Shown: piece after piece, positions 31,840 through 40,820 of the stretch | Layout of the letters: each line of letters starts with the position of its first letter | Position numbering within the stretch: the stretch's first letter is position 1 | NCBI GenBank assembly: GCA_963743305.1 | Contig: CAVUPH010000013.1 | Location: 230,903 to 294,902, forward strand | Direction: 5' to 3' | Source of the DNA: an uncultured delta proteobacterium | GTDB lineage: Bacteria > Desulfobacterota > RBG-13-43-22 | DNA length: 64,000 nt | Made by a program: the position numbers and the translations under genes | The notes under the pieces: generated by a model | What the model was told of the DNA's origin: nothing | Database searches by the model: none | Seen by the model: only the letters and a program-made list of their open reading frames with translations

Positions 31840-33095
31840 CCGCACTAAGCGCCATCACCGGCCAGACGCCTCCCAGCGGGCTTCCGTAGGTCCGAACAAC
31901 CACTTTAGCACCGGCCGCAGGGATTGAAACCTTCTCGCCTAATGTCCCGCTTGACCAGAGACACCAGCCATTCTGGATAGCTCCGCCAGCAGTCCTAACG
32001 GCCGCATCCTCGGCTTCGATCACCAATACCACCTCCGTGCAAAGCTGGCCGCTATCGTGTGATTTGTGATCACGTTGCTGAAAGAGTAGGTGGTCACCGC
32101 TCCCACAGAGGTTCCATCGACCAGTACTCTGGCTACGCGGTAGCCTGAACTTGGTGTAACGGTAAAGGTCTTGCTGGCGCCATAACTGACGGAGACCGCA
32201 CCCGATGGGGAGATCGATCCACCGGTTCCGGCAGAGGCGGTGATGGTGATGGTGTTGGTGTTGGCGGTAAAGCTGGCGGCAATGGTGTGATTTGCCGTCA
32301 CGTTGCTGAAGGTGTAGGTGGTCACGGCGCCCACGGAGATTCCATCGACCAGTACGCCGGCCACGCGGTAGCCTGAGTTCGGTGTGATGGTAAAGGTCTT
32401 GCTGGCGCCATAACCGATGGAGACCGCCCCCGAAGGGGAGATCGATCCGCCGGTTCCGGCGGAGGCGGTGATGGTGAACGTTGAACCGGAAGTTCCCGCC
32501 TGGGTGACGGTGAAAATCTTTCCCGCCATGGTGGAGCTGGCTGTTCTGGAGGATGAACTGGTATTGGCGGACATAGAATAGCCCACCGTCCCATTTCCGG
32601 TGCCATTGCTTCCCGAAGTGATGGTCATCCAGGAAGCACCGCTGCCGGCGGTCCAGGGGCACGTTGATTGAGTGGTCACGCTTACGGTGCCCGTTCCTCC
32701 GCGATGCGGTAAAGCTCTGGCTTGAAGGGGAAATGGAGTAAGTACAGGTGCTCGTGCTCACCTCACCGGAATAGCGCGCTCTCAAGGTTCGAGGTGTTAT
32801 AGGCGGTGGCGGCAAAATAATAGGTCAGCCCATCGGTCAGACCGGTTACCGTGGACGTCGTAACCTTTCCAACATCAAGAACCCAGCCGTAATTTTGGGA
32901 GGCCGTACCATAGTAGATCTTATAGCCGGCCAGGGTCGGCTCGGTGTTGGCGTCCCAGGCCAGGCTCACCTGGGCTGAATGCCCGGTACCCGCAGGTACG
33001 ATCAAGGCCATACCCAGTAACAGGGTAACCAGTTGAAAATAATGGACTAATATTCTGGAATAATTGCGCGCCCGTGGGGCGCGTGAAATGAACAT
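31840..33095 (-). pseudogene. Secreted Fn3-BACON-2x InlB-B-repeat-like protein, frameshifted and 3'-truncated
   Basis: VSLAWDANTEPTLAGYKIYYG (Fn3); CPWTA..ASWMTITSG (BACON); two roughly 75-aa copies of ITASAGTGGSISPSG...VLVDGxSVGAVTTYxFSNV..NHTIAASF; runs into the transposase remnant. Confidence 0.78.
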
Positions 33096-33183
33096 AGCAA
33101 TGCCTCCTGCCGAGGTTCTTGCTTCTGAGCGGAACCCGGTACTCAAAAACCCTCGATCATAGTTGTTTTTTCACCTAATACAC

Positions 33184-33199
33184 GCAAGGCCCATGCCAA
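33184..33199 (-). promoter_or_regulatory. Sigma-54 (-24/-12) promoter of the Fn3-BACON gene
   Basis: Minus strand TTGGCATGGGCCTTGC (GG-N10-GC), about 90 nt before the ATG, with an AT-rich IHF-like tract (TTTCAATAAATTA) just upstream. Confidence 0.65.
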
Positions 33200-33647
33200 C
33201 GGAGTTGTTTCGATTAATTTATTGAAATTACTTAATGTTTTACTCTTGAAAGGATTGTTGCTATTAGGATTGAGAAGGCTTTCACATACAGTCCAGGTGA
33301 CGGGAACCAAGCGTACCCGAATCTTTACTGAGTCCCTGTTCTCACTTCCACCCGGGAGCACCGCGTCCACAGAGACGCGGAGGGCACAATAGAAGAGGGA
33401 GAGGGAAGAGGGAAGCAAAAGATAAATGAGGGGAGAAGGGAGAGGGGAGATACCGGCAAAAGAAAACCAGCTCGGCCTCCGGCGGCGGTCCCTCGTGGGA
33501 GATCAGACCGGCGATATTGGCCGAGCCTTCATCCGGCCGAATTTAATCAAATGCCATCCCAGCGGCTTGTGGTAGTTGGCCGTTGCCGGAGAGGTAGAAA
33601 TAAGAGCAGGATGCTTCTATAAGGATCGCCGGAGTCAGGACCAGAAC

Positions 33648-33877
33648 TTAAAAGGCTAAACTCAAACGGAGCGCCTGATTGACCTCCTGCATTTTTTCCG
33701 GAGTGATGGCGCCGAGTTTTTTTTCTAGACGCTCTTTGGAAACGGTTAGAATTTGGCTGGTTTTGACCATACATCATTCTGGATGATTAAGGCCGGCCTT
33801 TTCCCAACCTGTTCGCTACCCCGAGCCGGGTTCCAATTGACCAGCCAGACCTCTCCCCTTTGCGTGGACCTCGTCAT
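33648..33877 (-). pseudogene. mazF: MazF/PemK toxin with internal deletion (not in ORF track)
   Basis: MTRSTQRGEVWLVNWNPARGSEQVGKRPALIIQND is joined out of frame to MVKTSQILTVSKERLEKKLGAITPEKMQEVNQALRLSLAF*. Confidence 0.8.
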
Positions 33878-34107
33878 AGGAGGACTTCCTTTTGAGCAGC
33901 CAGGGATCGTTCCGCCGTCTCCTCATCCTCCCGGGCCATTTCCCGGTAACCTTGAGCCATCAGACTTTCGGTTTTTTCTTTTAGCCAGAGGGTAAACGCT
34001 TCCTGAGCTAATTGGCTCCGGGCCACTCGAAAACGTCGTGAAGCCTGATCAACGGCCGCGTATAAACCTTCATCAATGGTGACGCTAATTTTTTTCTTGG
34101 TCTTCAT
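33874..34107 (-). CDS. Ribbon-helix-helix antitoxin (NdoAI/MazE-like)
   Basis: KISVTIDEGL..AVD...RSQL...MAQGYREMA; ATGA overlap with mazF. Confidence 0.8.
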   Translation of the reverse strand: MKTKKKISVTIDEGLYAAVDQASRRFRVARSQLAQEAFTLWLKEKTESLMAQGYREMAREDEETAERSLAAQKEVLL

Positions 34108-34307
34108 GGGGGGGGGATTTCTTAGGCATACTTTTTGTCGGATATTATATCATACAAAATGTCTTGGCAAATTTTATTCAAAAGGGCATGGCTCCAAGTT
34201 CTGGGACTGGATTGGGGCCAGGCCATTGTGGCCCTGGACGGCTGGCCGGAAAGGGAGAAAATCCCTTGCCGGGGCCGGAAAAGGCCCCGTCGTAGGAGGT
34301 CCGGGAA

Positions 34308-34676
34308 ATGCTCACTGGGCGAACCAGGGTAAACCCGGAAAGTTTGGTTTTCCCCACCTTTGACGGTCGGGAGCATGCCGACACGCCGACCACCTTCAGG
34401 GACGCGGTAGAAGCTATGGGTTTCAACAAGGGGATTACCGATCCGAGGCAAAAGGTTGTTTTTCATACCCTGCGCCATAGCTACGCTTCATGGTTGGCCG
34501 AAGCCGGGACGGATATTTGCACCATTGGGAAACTGCTTGGATATTCCACGGTTCAAATGAGCGCGCGCTATGCTCACTTAGGAGCCGGGGCCATGCAGGA
34601 GGCCGTTAATCAGTTGCCGAGCCTTACCACCGGGGGCCAGGTCGGGCAGGGGAAGGTTTTCACGCTGAAGAAATAG
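34308..34676 (+). pseudogene. C-terminal fragment of a tyrosine recombinase/integrase
   Basis: FHTLRHSYASWL, LLGYSTVQMSARYAHL (HxxR and catalytic Tyr present; second His changed to Tyr); N-terminal domains absent. Confidence 0.82.
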
Positions 34677-34700
34677 ACAATTGCCCAAAAGTAAAACGGC

Positions 34701-34729
34701 TTGCATTATACTAATAATTAGTATAGGAT
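34701..34729 (+). promoter_or_regulatory. Promoter with operator palindrome of the toxin-first TA operon
   Basis: TTGCAT-N17-TAGGAT overlapping the inverted repeat TATACTAAT-A-ATTAGTATA (34707-34725). Confidence 0.65.
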
Positions 34730-34735
34730 TGATTT

Positions 34736-35014
34736 ATGACATGGACGGTTAAAGAAAGGCGGTCTCTGAGCAAACGGGTCAGGAAATTGCCTGAAAATGT
34801 CCAAAATCTGCTCATCGCCCTGAAAAAGGATATGGAAGTGAACGGACCTATTCGGGGAAATTGGCCAAATTTTAGCGCCTTATCTGATAACCGATACCAT
34901 TGTCATTTGAAGAAAGGCCGTCCTACCTTTGTGGCTATATGGGAGGTTATGGATAAGGAAATCAAATTGATTGAGGTGATATATGCAGGAACGCACGAAA
35001 AAGCACCCTATTGA
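34736..35014 (+). CDS. RelE/HigB-superfamily toxin-like protein
   Basis: 92 aa basic protein: KLPENVQ, YHCHLKKGRPTFVAIWEV, YAGTHEKAPY; lies upstream of an HTH gene. Confidence 0.7.
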   Translation: MTWTVKERRSLSKRVRKLPENVQNLLIALKKDMEVNGPIRGNWPNFSALSDNRYHCHLKKGRPTFVAIWEVMDKEIKLIEVIYAGTHEKAPY

Positions 35015-35336
35015 ATCCGTTGAACTGCGGTTCTTGGGTCCCATTGTGAACATGGCAAAAGCCATTGAAAGGTTGAAACCTCTGGGATTTGTGGACACAT
35101 TGGATTCTGTACCTTGGCGCGAGGCATACCCCGAATATTCGGAAGGGCAGCTTATCGGCAAAGCCCTTGCCGGTGCACGATACCGGGAAGGATTGACGCA
35201 GATTCAGCTTTCGGAAATGACCGGAATACCTCAGCGACATATTAGCGAAATGGAAAACGGAAAACGCCCAATTGGTAAAGAAATGGCAAAGCGCCTTGGA
35301 AAGGTGCTTAATATCAGCTACAAAATTTTTTTATAG
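34983..35336 (+). CDS. XRE-family HTH antitoxin (HigA-like)
   Basis: LAGARYREGLTQIQLSEMTGIPQRHISEMENGKRPIG. Confidence 0.85.
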   Translation: MQERTKKHPIESVELRFLGPIVNMAKAIERLKPLGFVDTLDSVPWREAYPEYSEGQLIGKALAGARYREGLTQIQLSEMTGIPQRHISEMENGKRPIGKEMAKRLGKVLNISYKIFL

Positions 35337-35418
35337 GGCATGCAGAGGCACCATGCTGACCACCAGGGACCAGGCTGAGGCCGGAAAGGTTGTTAGGAAC
35401 AAATGGGGGATTGCCCCT

Positions 35419-35640
35419 ATGGAAAAGAAAAAATTCAATAAATTGGTGAAAAGCATAAAGCTGCGCAAAAAAGGCCGAACCTGACCACATCCCGCCTGGC
35501 CGAGTTGACCAGGATTCCCCAACGGTACCTTTCCATGATGGAACACGATAAGCGGACTATCGGGAAGAAAAATGCTCACCTGCTGGTCAAGGTCCTGAAA
35601 GTGGATTCCCGGGTTTTTCCTTACTGCGCTTTCCGGGGAT
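35419..35640 (+). pseudogene. Degenerate second XRE HTH paralog
   Basis: From about 35481 reads LTTSRLAELTRIPQRYLSMMEHDKRTIGKKNAHLLVKVLKVDSRVF, colinear with the preceding antitoxin but out of frame with any start. Confidence 0.6.
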
Positions 35641-35664
35641 AGTTTTCGCGAACCGATAAAGAGA

Positions 35665-35952
35665 TCAAACCTGCATAGGCTCAGCGTGCAGTTTGACTCC
35701 CAAGGCACGCAACACCTTCAAAACCGTGTCATAACGGGGTCTGGCCCCGGGCGCCAGCGCTTTATACAGGCTCTCCCGTCCCAACCCCGTTGCACGGGCA
35801 AGTTGCGTCATGCCTCGGGCTCGTGCCACGTTTTTTACTGCTACCAGAAACATGTCGGGGTTTGGATCCTCCAGTGATGCGGAAAGGTATTCTGCTATGG
35901 TTTCCTCATCGGTGAGGTAATCGGCAGAATCAAAGGGGGAAAAATTCGTCAT
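35665..35952 (-). CDS. Addiction module antidote (HI1420-like HTH)
   Basis: PFDSADYL..EETIAEYL, VARARGMTQLARATGLGRESLYKAL...PRYDTVLKV. Confidence 0.9.
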   Translation of the reverse strand: MTNFSPFDSADYLTDEETIAEYLSASLEDPNPDMFLVAVKNVARARGMTQLARATGLGRESLYKALAPGARPRYDTVLKVLRALGVKLHAEPMQV

Positions 35953-35961
35953 GGTATTCTC

Positions 35962-36255
35962 CTATTTCAAGGCGCGCGCTATCTCAATGGCGTGACTGAA
36001 ATCTCGTCTCTGTGAAGATTTATCGCCGCCGATAAGCAACAGGTATACCACATCAGCGCGACGAGTGAAGTATACCCGATAACCAGGCCCAACATGAATC
36101 CGCATCTCGTAGATCCCTTTACCCACAACCGCCCAGTCTCCAAAATTTCCCGCAATTGCCGCATCGATCCGCTGAACGATGCGCGCCTTGGCCACTTTGT
36201 CCTTGAGGCCGGAAAGCCAACTGTCGAACTCATCAGACCAGAAGAGAAGGTGCAA
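35962..36255 (-). CDS. Addiction module killer (HI1419-like RelE/ParE)
   Basis: FDSWLSGLKD..AKARI, GNFGD, EMRIHVGPGYRVYF, LLIGGDKSSQ. The start is uncertain (TTG with no RBS). Confidence 0.85.
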   Translation of the reverse strand: MHLLFWSDEFDSWLSGLKDKVAKARIVQRIDAAIAGNFGDWAVVGKGIYEMRIHVGPGYRVYFTRRADVVYLLLIGGDKSSQRRDFSHAIEIARALK

Positions 36256-36729
36256 TAAGACTTATCAACACTATGAGCGCGACAAGTATGGATTTTTCCA
36301 GAAACGTCTTCTTCTCTCCACCGCGTTCCGTGTCACCCATGACAGATTTGCCTTTCATTATGTTGAACGAATAATAGCCGGACGGCTATCGGTTTGGTGC
36401 TCTAAGTTATTCTAATGATAAATATTATCATCCCAAATGTTTTAAAAATACCCCCTAAGTGAATAGGTAGTCAAGATTGAAGTTTTCTTCGAAAAAGTTC
36501 CTTCCACTCCGTAGCGCTGGGACCAGGCCACCGGGCAGAACGTCGCACCACGGGCCAGACAGATAGGAGAAAATAGTAGTGGAAACCTGACCGGCCTTTC
36601 AATTTGGTGGGGCCGGGCCGAGGCCAGAAAAAAAGAAGGAAACCCCTTTCCGAGACCCAAAAAGGCTTCCGCCATCCTTAAAGTGGGGACAGAATGCGGA
36701 CAAAAAACCGGTGGACCTCACAAACAGGA

Positions 36730-36763
36730 AAGGGGCTGAAGCCGCGATTGGCTTCAACCCCTT
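36730..36763 (-). terminator. Hairpin downstream of tRNA-Leu
   Basis: AAGGGGCTGAAGCC-N6-GGCTTCAACCCCTT. Confidence 0.6.
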
Positions 36764-36771
36764 GTTTTTAC

Positions 36772-36859
36772 TGGTGCCGGAGGTCGGAATTGAACCGACA
36801 TGACCGCGGGGGTCGGGGGATTTTGAGTCCCCTGCGTCTACCAGTTTCACCACTCCGGC
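36772..36859 (-). tRNA. tRNA-Leu(CAA)
   Basis: GCCGGAGTGGTGAAACTGGTAGACGCAGGGGACTCAAAATCCCC...GGTTCAATTCCGACCTCCGGCACCA; long variable arm, encoded CCA. Confidence 0.95.
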
Positions 36860-36941
36860 GTTTAGGTGGATTTTGCAGGAAAGTTAATTGATTTTAATGA
36901 AAAGATCTTGGAATTGTCAAGAAAAAATGGTTAAAAAAATA

Positions 36942-36970
36942 TTGACAAGGGTTTGTAATAAAAATATAAT
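36942..36970 (+). promoter_or_regulatory. Consensus sigma-70 promoter for tRNA-Ala (divergent promoter for tRNA-Leu at 36891-36920)
   Basis: TTGACA-N17-TATAAT on the plus strand; TTGACA-N18-TAAAAT on the minus strand. Confidence 0.8.
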
Positions 36971-36988
36971 AATTATTTTATCAGTGAC

Positions 36989-37064
36989 GGGGCTGTAGCT
37001 CAGCTGGGAGAGCGCATGACTGGCAGTCATGAGGTCGTCGGTTCGATCCCGATCAGCTCCACCA
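36989..37064 (+). tRNA. tRNA-Ala(GGC)
   Basis: GGGGCTGTAGCTCAGCTGGGAGAGCGCATGACTGGCAGTCATG...GGTTCGATCCCGATCAGCTCCACCA, 76 nt. Confidence 0.96.
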
Positions 37065-37073
37065 GGAATAATC

Positions 37074-37113
37074 AAAGGGGTTAATCCGATCATTCGGATT
37101 AACCCCTTTTTTT
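37074..37113 (+). terminator. Intrinsic (probably bidirectional) terminator
   Basis: AAAGGGGTTAATCCGA-TCAT-TCGGATTAACCCC-TTTTTTT, between convergent genes. Confidence 0.85.
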
Positions 37114-37150
37114 GCCTAAGGATTTGTTCTTTACCCGCAGGTTTCAGTTT

Positions 37151-40123
37151 TTATCTCAAAATCAACGGCAGCCAGAGCTTGTATTGGATAAAGGTCACTT
37201 CCACCCATTTGTACCGATTAAGCCCGGTGAAGGTGCAGGTGGCCTGACCGGTGTCGTTTCCGGTTTCCGTTCCTCCCGCCGCCGAGCAGGTCCCTTTCCA
37301 GGAGGCATTAACCGCCGGATCGGCCGTGGCGGTGATGACCAGACCGGCGCCGGCGGAAAGGACGGACGAGGTCATCTCTTTTAATGCTGGATAGATGTAA
37401 TTGATGCCTCCCAGGTTCGAGACCACCGAACCCGACCCGTTACCGATGGATTTAGCCGTGACCCCCAGATATTTGATCTCCACGTAGCCCACCTCCAGGG
37501 ATGGCGGGGGACCGGAAACCTGGTCTTCATAGACCGCCAGGAAGCTGCCCGGGCCGTAGGCCACCTTGGGAAAATCCTGATCGTTGGGCGCATTGATGAC
37601 CGGGAAATTGGCTCCCTGCATTGTGCCGTCCTCCTTGATCCACTGGCCGTAGATGTTCCGCCCGGCGACGGCATCGCGACTGTCCTGCCAGACGGCTAGA
37701 AATCTCTGGGCCAGGGGATGGAAGGCTAACGAAACGTATGTTTGTTCGTCACCCGTGTTTGAAATCGGAAATATGGCCCCGATGAATGTCTTGTCGAATT
37801 TGAACAGCCTTCCATAAATGTCCGGGTTGCCGGAAGCCGAATCCTCCCAGGCTACCAGGTATTGCATAGTAGAGGGATTGAAGGCAGCGGTGGGGTATAT
37901 CTGATCTCCCGCCCGGTTTTCCGTGATGGAGAAATTGCCGCCGTCGAGCGTGCGGTCGGAGTTGATCACCTGGCCGTAAATTTCTCCCTCGCTTGCGGCA
38001 AAATTCCGATCATCCACCCAGACCACCAGGAACCGTTTGTTGATGCTGTCAAAAGCCACCCCGGGCTCAGCTTGGGAGCTCCCAATTTCGGCACTGACCG
38101 GAAACGCGTCCGCCCCCTGGGCGACGTCTTTCACAAAAAAACGTCCCAGGACATCCTCCTCATTGGTCGGCAAAAATTTATCGTTCCAGACCACCAGGGT
38201 CTGATGGCCGGTATCGTCGTAGGCGATGGTCGGTCTCGATTCATCTACAGCGAGCCGGTTGGAAACGGTGGAATTCCAGCCATCCAGGGTCCCGTCCGGG
38301 TTAACCAGTTGTCCCTGGATATCTTGGTCATTGGTGGAGCCGTTGAAGATGTCCCAGACCACTACAAATTTTTTGTTGAACGCATCGTAGGCCACAGAGG
38401 ACAACAATCGTTTATAGGATTTCTGTTCGCTGATCTGAAAATCGGCCGCGAAAGGCGCTCCATCCGGGTTGATGAGTCGCCCATTGAGCAAGGAGCCGCC
38501 GCTCCCGTCCGCAATGCCATAAACCGCCAGGTAGCGTTGGTTCACCGGGTCATAGGCCAGGTTGGGGTCCCCCCGGCCGGTAACATTGGCGAAAGGAGAA
38601 TTGTCGAACTCATAGGCCCCCATATCCACCGTGGTATCGATGATTCGCGACCGGCCGTCGCGGTCGGAACTGGTGGGGTACAAGGCATAAAGGAACGTAC
38701 CTTCAGGGTTTTCGGTACCGGTGTTTTTGCAGGGGGAGCCGTCGGTCAGGCGGAAATTGGCGCCCGCAAAGTTGACGAAGGCCGGATCGGTGCTGATGTT
38801 GTTGCTTCCGGTGCCACTCCAGCCGTACTGATAGTCGGAGTAATCCACCGAGGTCGTTCCGCTAGTACTCGTATAAACGGGGAATTGGCCGGCGGTGCCA
38901 TTGTCCCAGAAAATCGAGTTGTAAACCGTCAAAGCCTGCACCCTGTTATCAACAGCCATACCGACCAGTCCGTCCGAACTTCCGTTGGATCTGTTTTTAA
39001 CAAAGGTGGAATTGAAAACCTTAACGGTTCTCGGCGACTCCGGACTTGGATCATAAATGGCTATTCCTCCTCCGCGGCCCCAAACCCCTGATTGCCCAGC
39101 GGCATTGTCGGCGATAAGGCTGTTGTAAATCTCGGCGTTGGCGTCCCAGATATGGATGCCTCCGCCCCAGAACCAAGACCGTTTCCCGGAAATGGTGCTG
39201 TTGATCAAACGTAGGTTGCCGCCGTACCCATGGTCTATTGCGCCGCCGCCGGACAGGGTTCCATCCCCTGTAATGGTGCTGTTGCGGATGACGGGCGACA
39301 CCCGGCTGAAAATATCGCCGCCCCCATCATAACATTTACTGACTCCTGGAGTGGTACAACCCACGGTGTATTCCAGTATTTTATTATTATTGAAGGTGCA
39401 GCGTTCCACCAGTGGTTCCAGGGCGTTGGTGAGGGGGGTGACGTAAGTAAAATAGATGGCCCCCCCGCCCCGGGCCGCGTTGTTGGAGAAGACGCTGTCG
39501 TAGATTTCAGCATGCCCATTGGTAAACAATCCACCACCGGAGGTGTTGGATGCCCCGGCCACGCCATTATTGCTCTGGAAGAGACACCTTCTAACAAATA
39601 GGTTGATGGTACCGCCGTTGGCGCAGTTGGAACGAAGCCCGGCTCCGTGAATGCCGTTTACGTTCGCCAGGCCGTTCAAGAAGGCCGTGTTTTCAATTGT
39701 AAATTGGACGGTGACCCCGGCGGTCTCACTCCGTACCTCAAAAACCCGATTTAAATTCTGACCGGTCAGGGCGGTCATCGAAGCCGGATCCATCCCCCGG
39801 TACTGGGCGGTAAATCCGGCATTCCAGCCGCCGGTCAGTTTCACCTCGTCATTCTGGGAGGCGTTATAGGAGAAGGGACCGCCCGAGGCGATATAGGACC
39901 CGGCCAGTAAATAAATGGTGTCCGCTTCCCCGTTGCCCTGGGACGCCGTCAGGGCCGTCTGCAAAGTGGTCGGGGAGCCGGGGCTGGCGCCGCTCCCCCC
40001 TCCGGCCGGTGAAACGTACATCGTAGCCGCCCAGATAGACGGCCCTGATAAAATCAAAGAAAGAAAAATAGTAAACCTGACCGCTCGGATCGGAATTTGG
40101 AATACCCGCCTCAGATTTCTCAT
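37151..40123 (-). CDS. Large secreted protein: pectin-lyase-like beta-helix, choice-of-anchor-Q-like segment, about 6 propeller-type repeats, Ig-like domain; C-terminal LWLPLILR
   Basis: Signal then ATMYVSPAGGG; GGG(I/A)/FxxN repeats; DPAFV..NFRL..GSPC...DMGAYE; repeats P.VAYD....FLVVW.D....DIYGQ. ATG at 40123 after GGAGG. Confidence 0.85.
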   Translation of the reverse strand: MRNLRRVFQIPIRAVRFTIFLSLILSGPSIWAATMYVSPAGGGSGASPGSPTTLQTALTASQGNGEADTIYLLAGSYIASGGPFSYNASQNDEVKLTGGWNAGFTAQYRGMDPASMTALTGQNLNRVFEVRSETAGVTVQFTIENTAFLNGLANVNGIHGAGLRSNCANGGTINLFVRRCLFQSNNGVAGASNTSGGGLFTNGHAEIYDSVFSNNAARGGGAIYFTYVTPLTNALEPLVERCTFNNNKILEYTVGCTTPGVSKCYDGGGDIFSRVSPVIRNSTITGDGTLSGGGAIDHGYGGNLRLINSTISGKRSWFWGGGIHIWDANAEIYNSLIADNAAGQSGVWGRGGGIAIYDPSPESPRTVKVFNSTFVKNRSNGSSDGLVGMAVDNRVQALTVYNSIFWDNGTAGQFPVYTSTSGTTSVDYSDYQYGWSGTGSNNISTDPAFVNFAGANFRLTDGSPCKNTGTENPEGTFLYALYPTSSDRDGRSRIIDTTVDMGAYEFDNSPFANVTGRGDPNLAYDPVNQRYLAVYGIADGSGGSLLNGRLINPDGAPFAADFQISEQKSYKRLLSSVAYDAFNKKFVVVWDIFNGSTNDQDIQGQLVNPDGTLDGWNSTVSNRLAVDESRPTIAYDDTGHQTLVVWNDKFLPTNEEDVLGRFFVKDVAQGADAFPVSAEIGSSQAEPGVAFDSINKRFLVVWVDDRNFAASEGEIYGQVINSDRTLDGGNFSITENRAGDQIYPTAAFNPSTMQYLVAWEDSASGNPDIYGRLFKFDKTFIGAIFPISNTGDEQTYVSLAFHPLAQRFLAVWQDSRDAVAGRNIYGQWIKEDGTMQGANFPVINAPNDQDFPKVAYGPGSFLAVYEDQVSGPPPSLEVGYVEIKYLGVTAKSIGNGSGSVVSNLGGINYIYPALKEMTSSVLSAGAGLVITATADPAVNASWKGTCSAAGGTETGNDTGQATCTFTGLNRYKWVEVTFIQYKLWLPLILR

Positions 40124-40166
40124 GTGTTTTCCTCCTGTGATGTACGATTTTGTTAAGTTAAAGGCC

Positions 40167-40204
40167 AAAAAGCAAAAAGCCCCTCCATTTCAATATGGAG
40201 GGGC
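40167..40204 (-). terminator. Intrinsic terminator inside a long 5' leader of the 37151-40123 gene (attenuator candidate)
   Basis: Minus strand GCCCCTCCAT-ATTGAA-ATGGAGGGGC-TTTTTGCTTTTT. There is no same-strand gene upstream (the next gene is divergent). Confidence 0.72.
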
Positions 40205-40820
40205 CCAAGCCGGTTTATAAGAACCGGATAGGAATGCGATGTCTTACGGGAGGACCATGTGAAGGAAGCCGATGTCATTCGCCTCCCCGTGCCCATCATT
40301 CCGTGGAAAACGGGTGTCCAAGAATGCCGACAGCGAACGAATCCTCGCCCCCCGTCTCCAAACCGGAACGTATCCGAAAATATTTACTTGTTTAATTTGT
40401 GAAAAGGGATAATTAGTATGACTAAAGTTTATCAATAAATTAAAGTATAGGTCAATAAATTTTTTACGGGCGCGATTGGCTTTATCACTTTTGACGTTGA
40501 CAGGTGGTCTTCTCTTTCGTTGGCTAGGGTTAAGGCAGCTGGATTCCTTGTCCTGGTAAAATAGATAGTTAGGACTTGGTATCACCCATGAGTAAAGCCG
40601 ATTATGGAGAGTGGACGAAGAAGGGCTTTTAAGTTGTTCCCTATGGGCAACTTGGCGGAAGGATTATCCGCCCTCCAATTTGGGATTGACAACATCCGGA
40701 TTATTGAATAGAAATTAATTATTTGAGAGGATTCCGGCCCCCGGCTCACTACCTGCCGGGGCAGGTTTCGCCGGAATGTCGAATTGGAACTTTTTCAGGT
40801 GAGGAAAGGAAGGAACAGCT

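Noticed and set aside
36599-36853. ORF MVKLVDAGDSKSP...
   Set aside because: It is a translation of tRNA-Leu.
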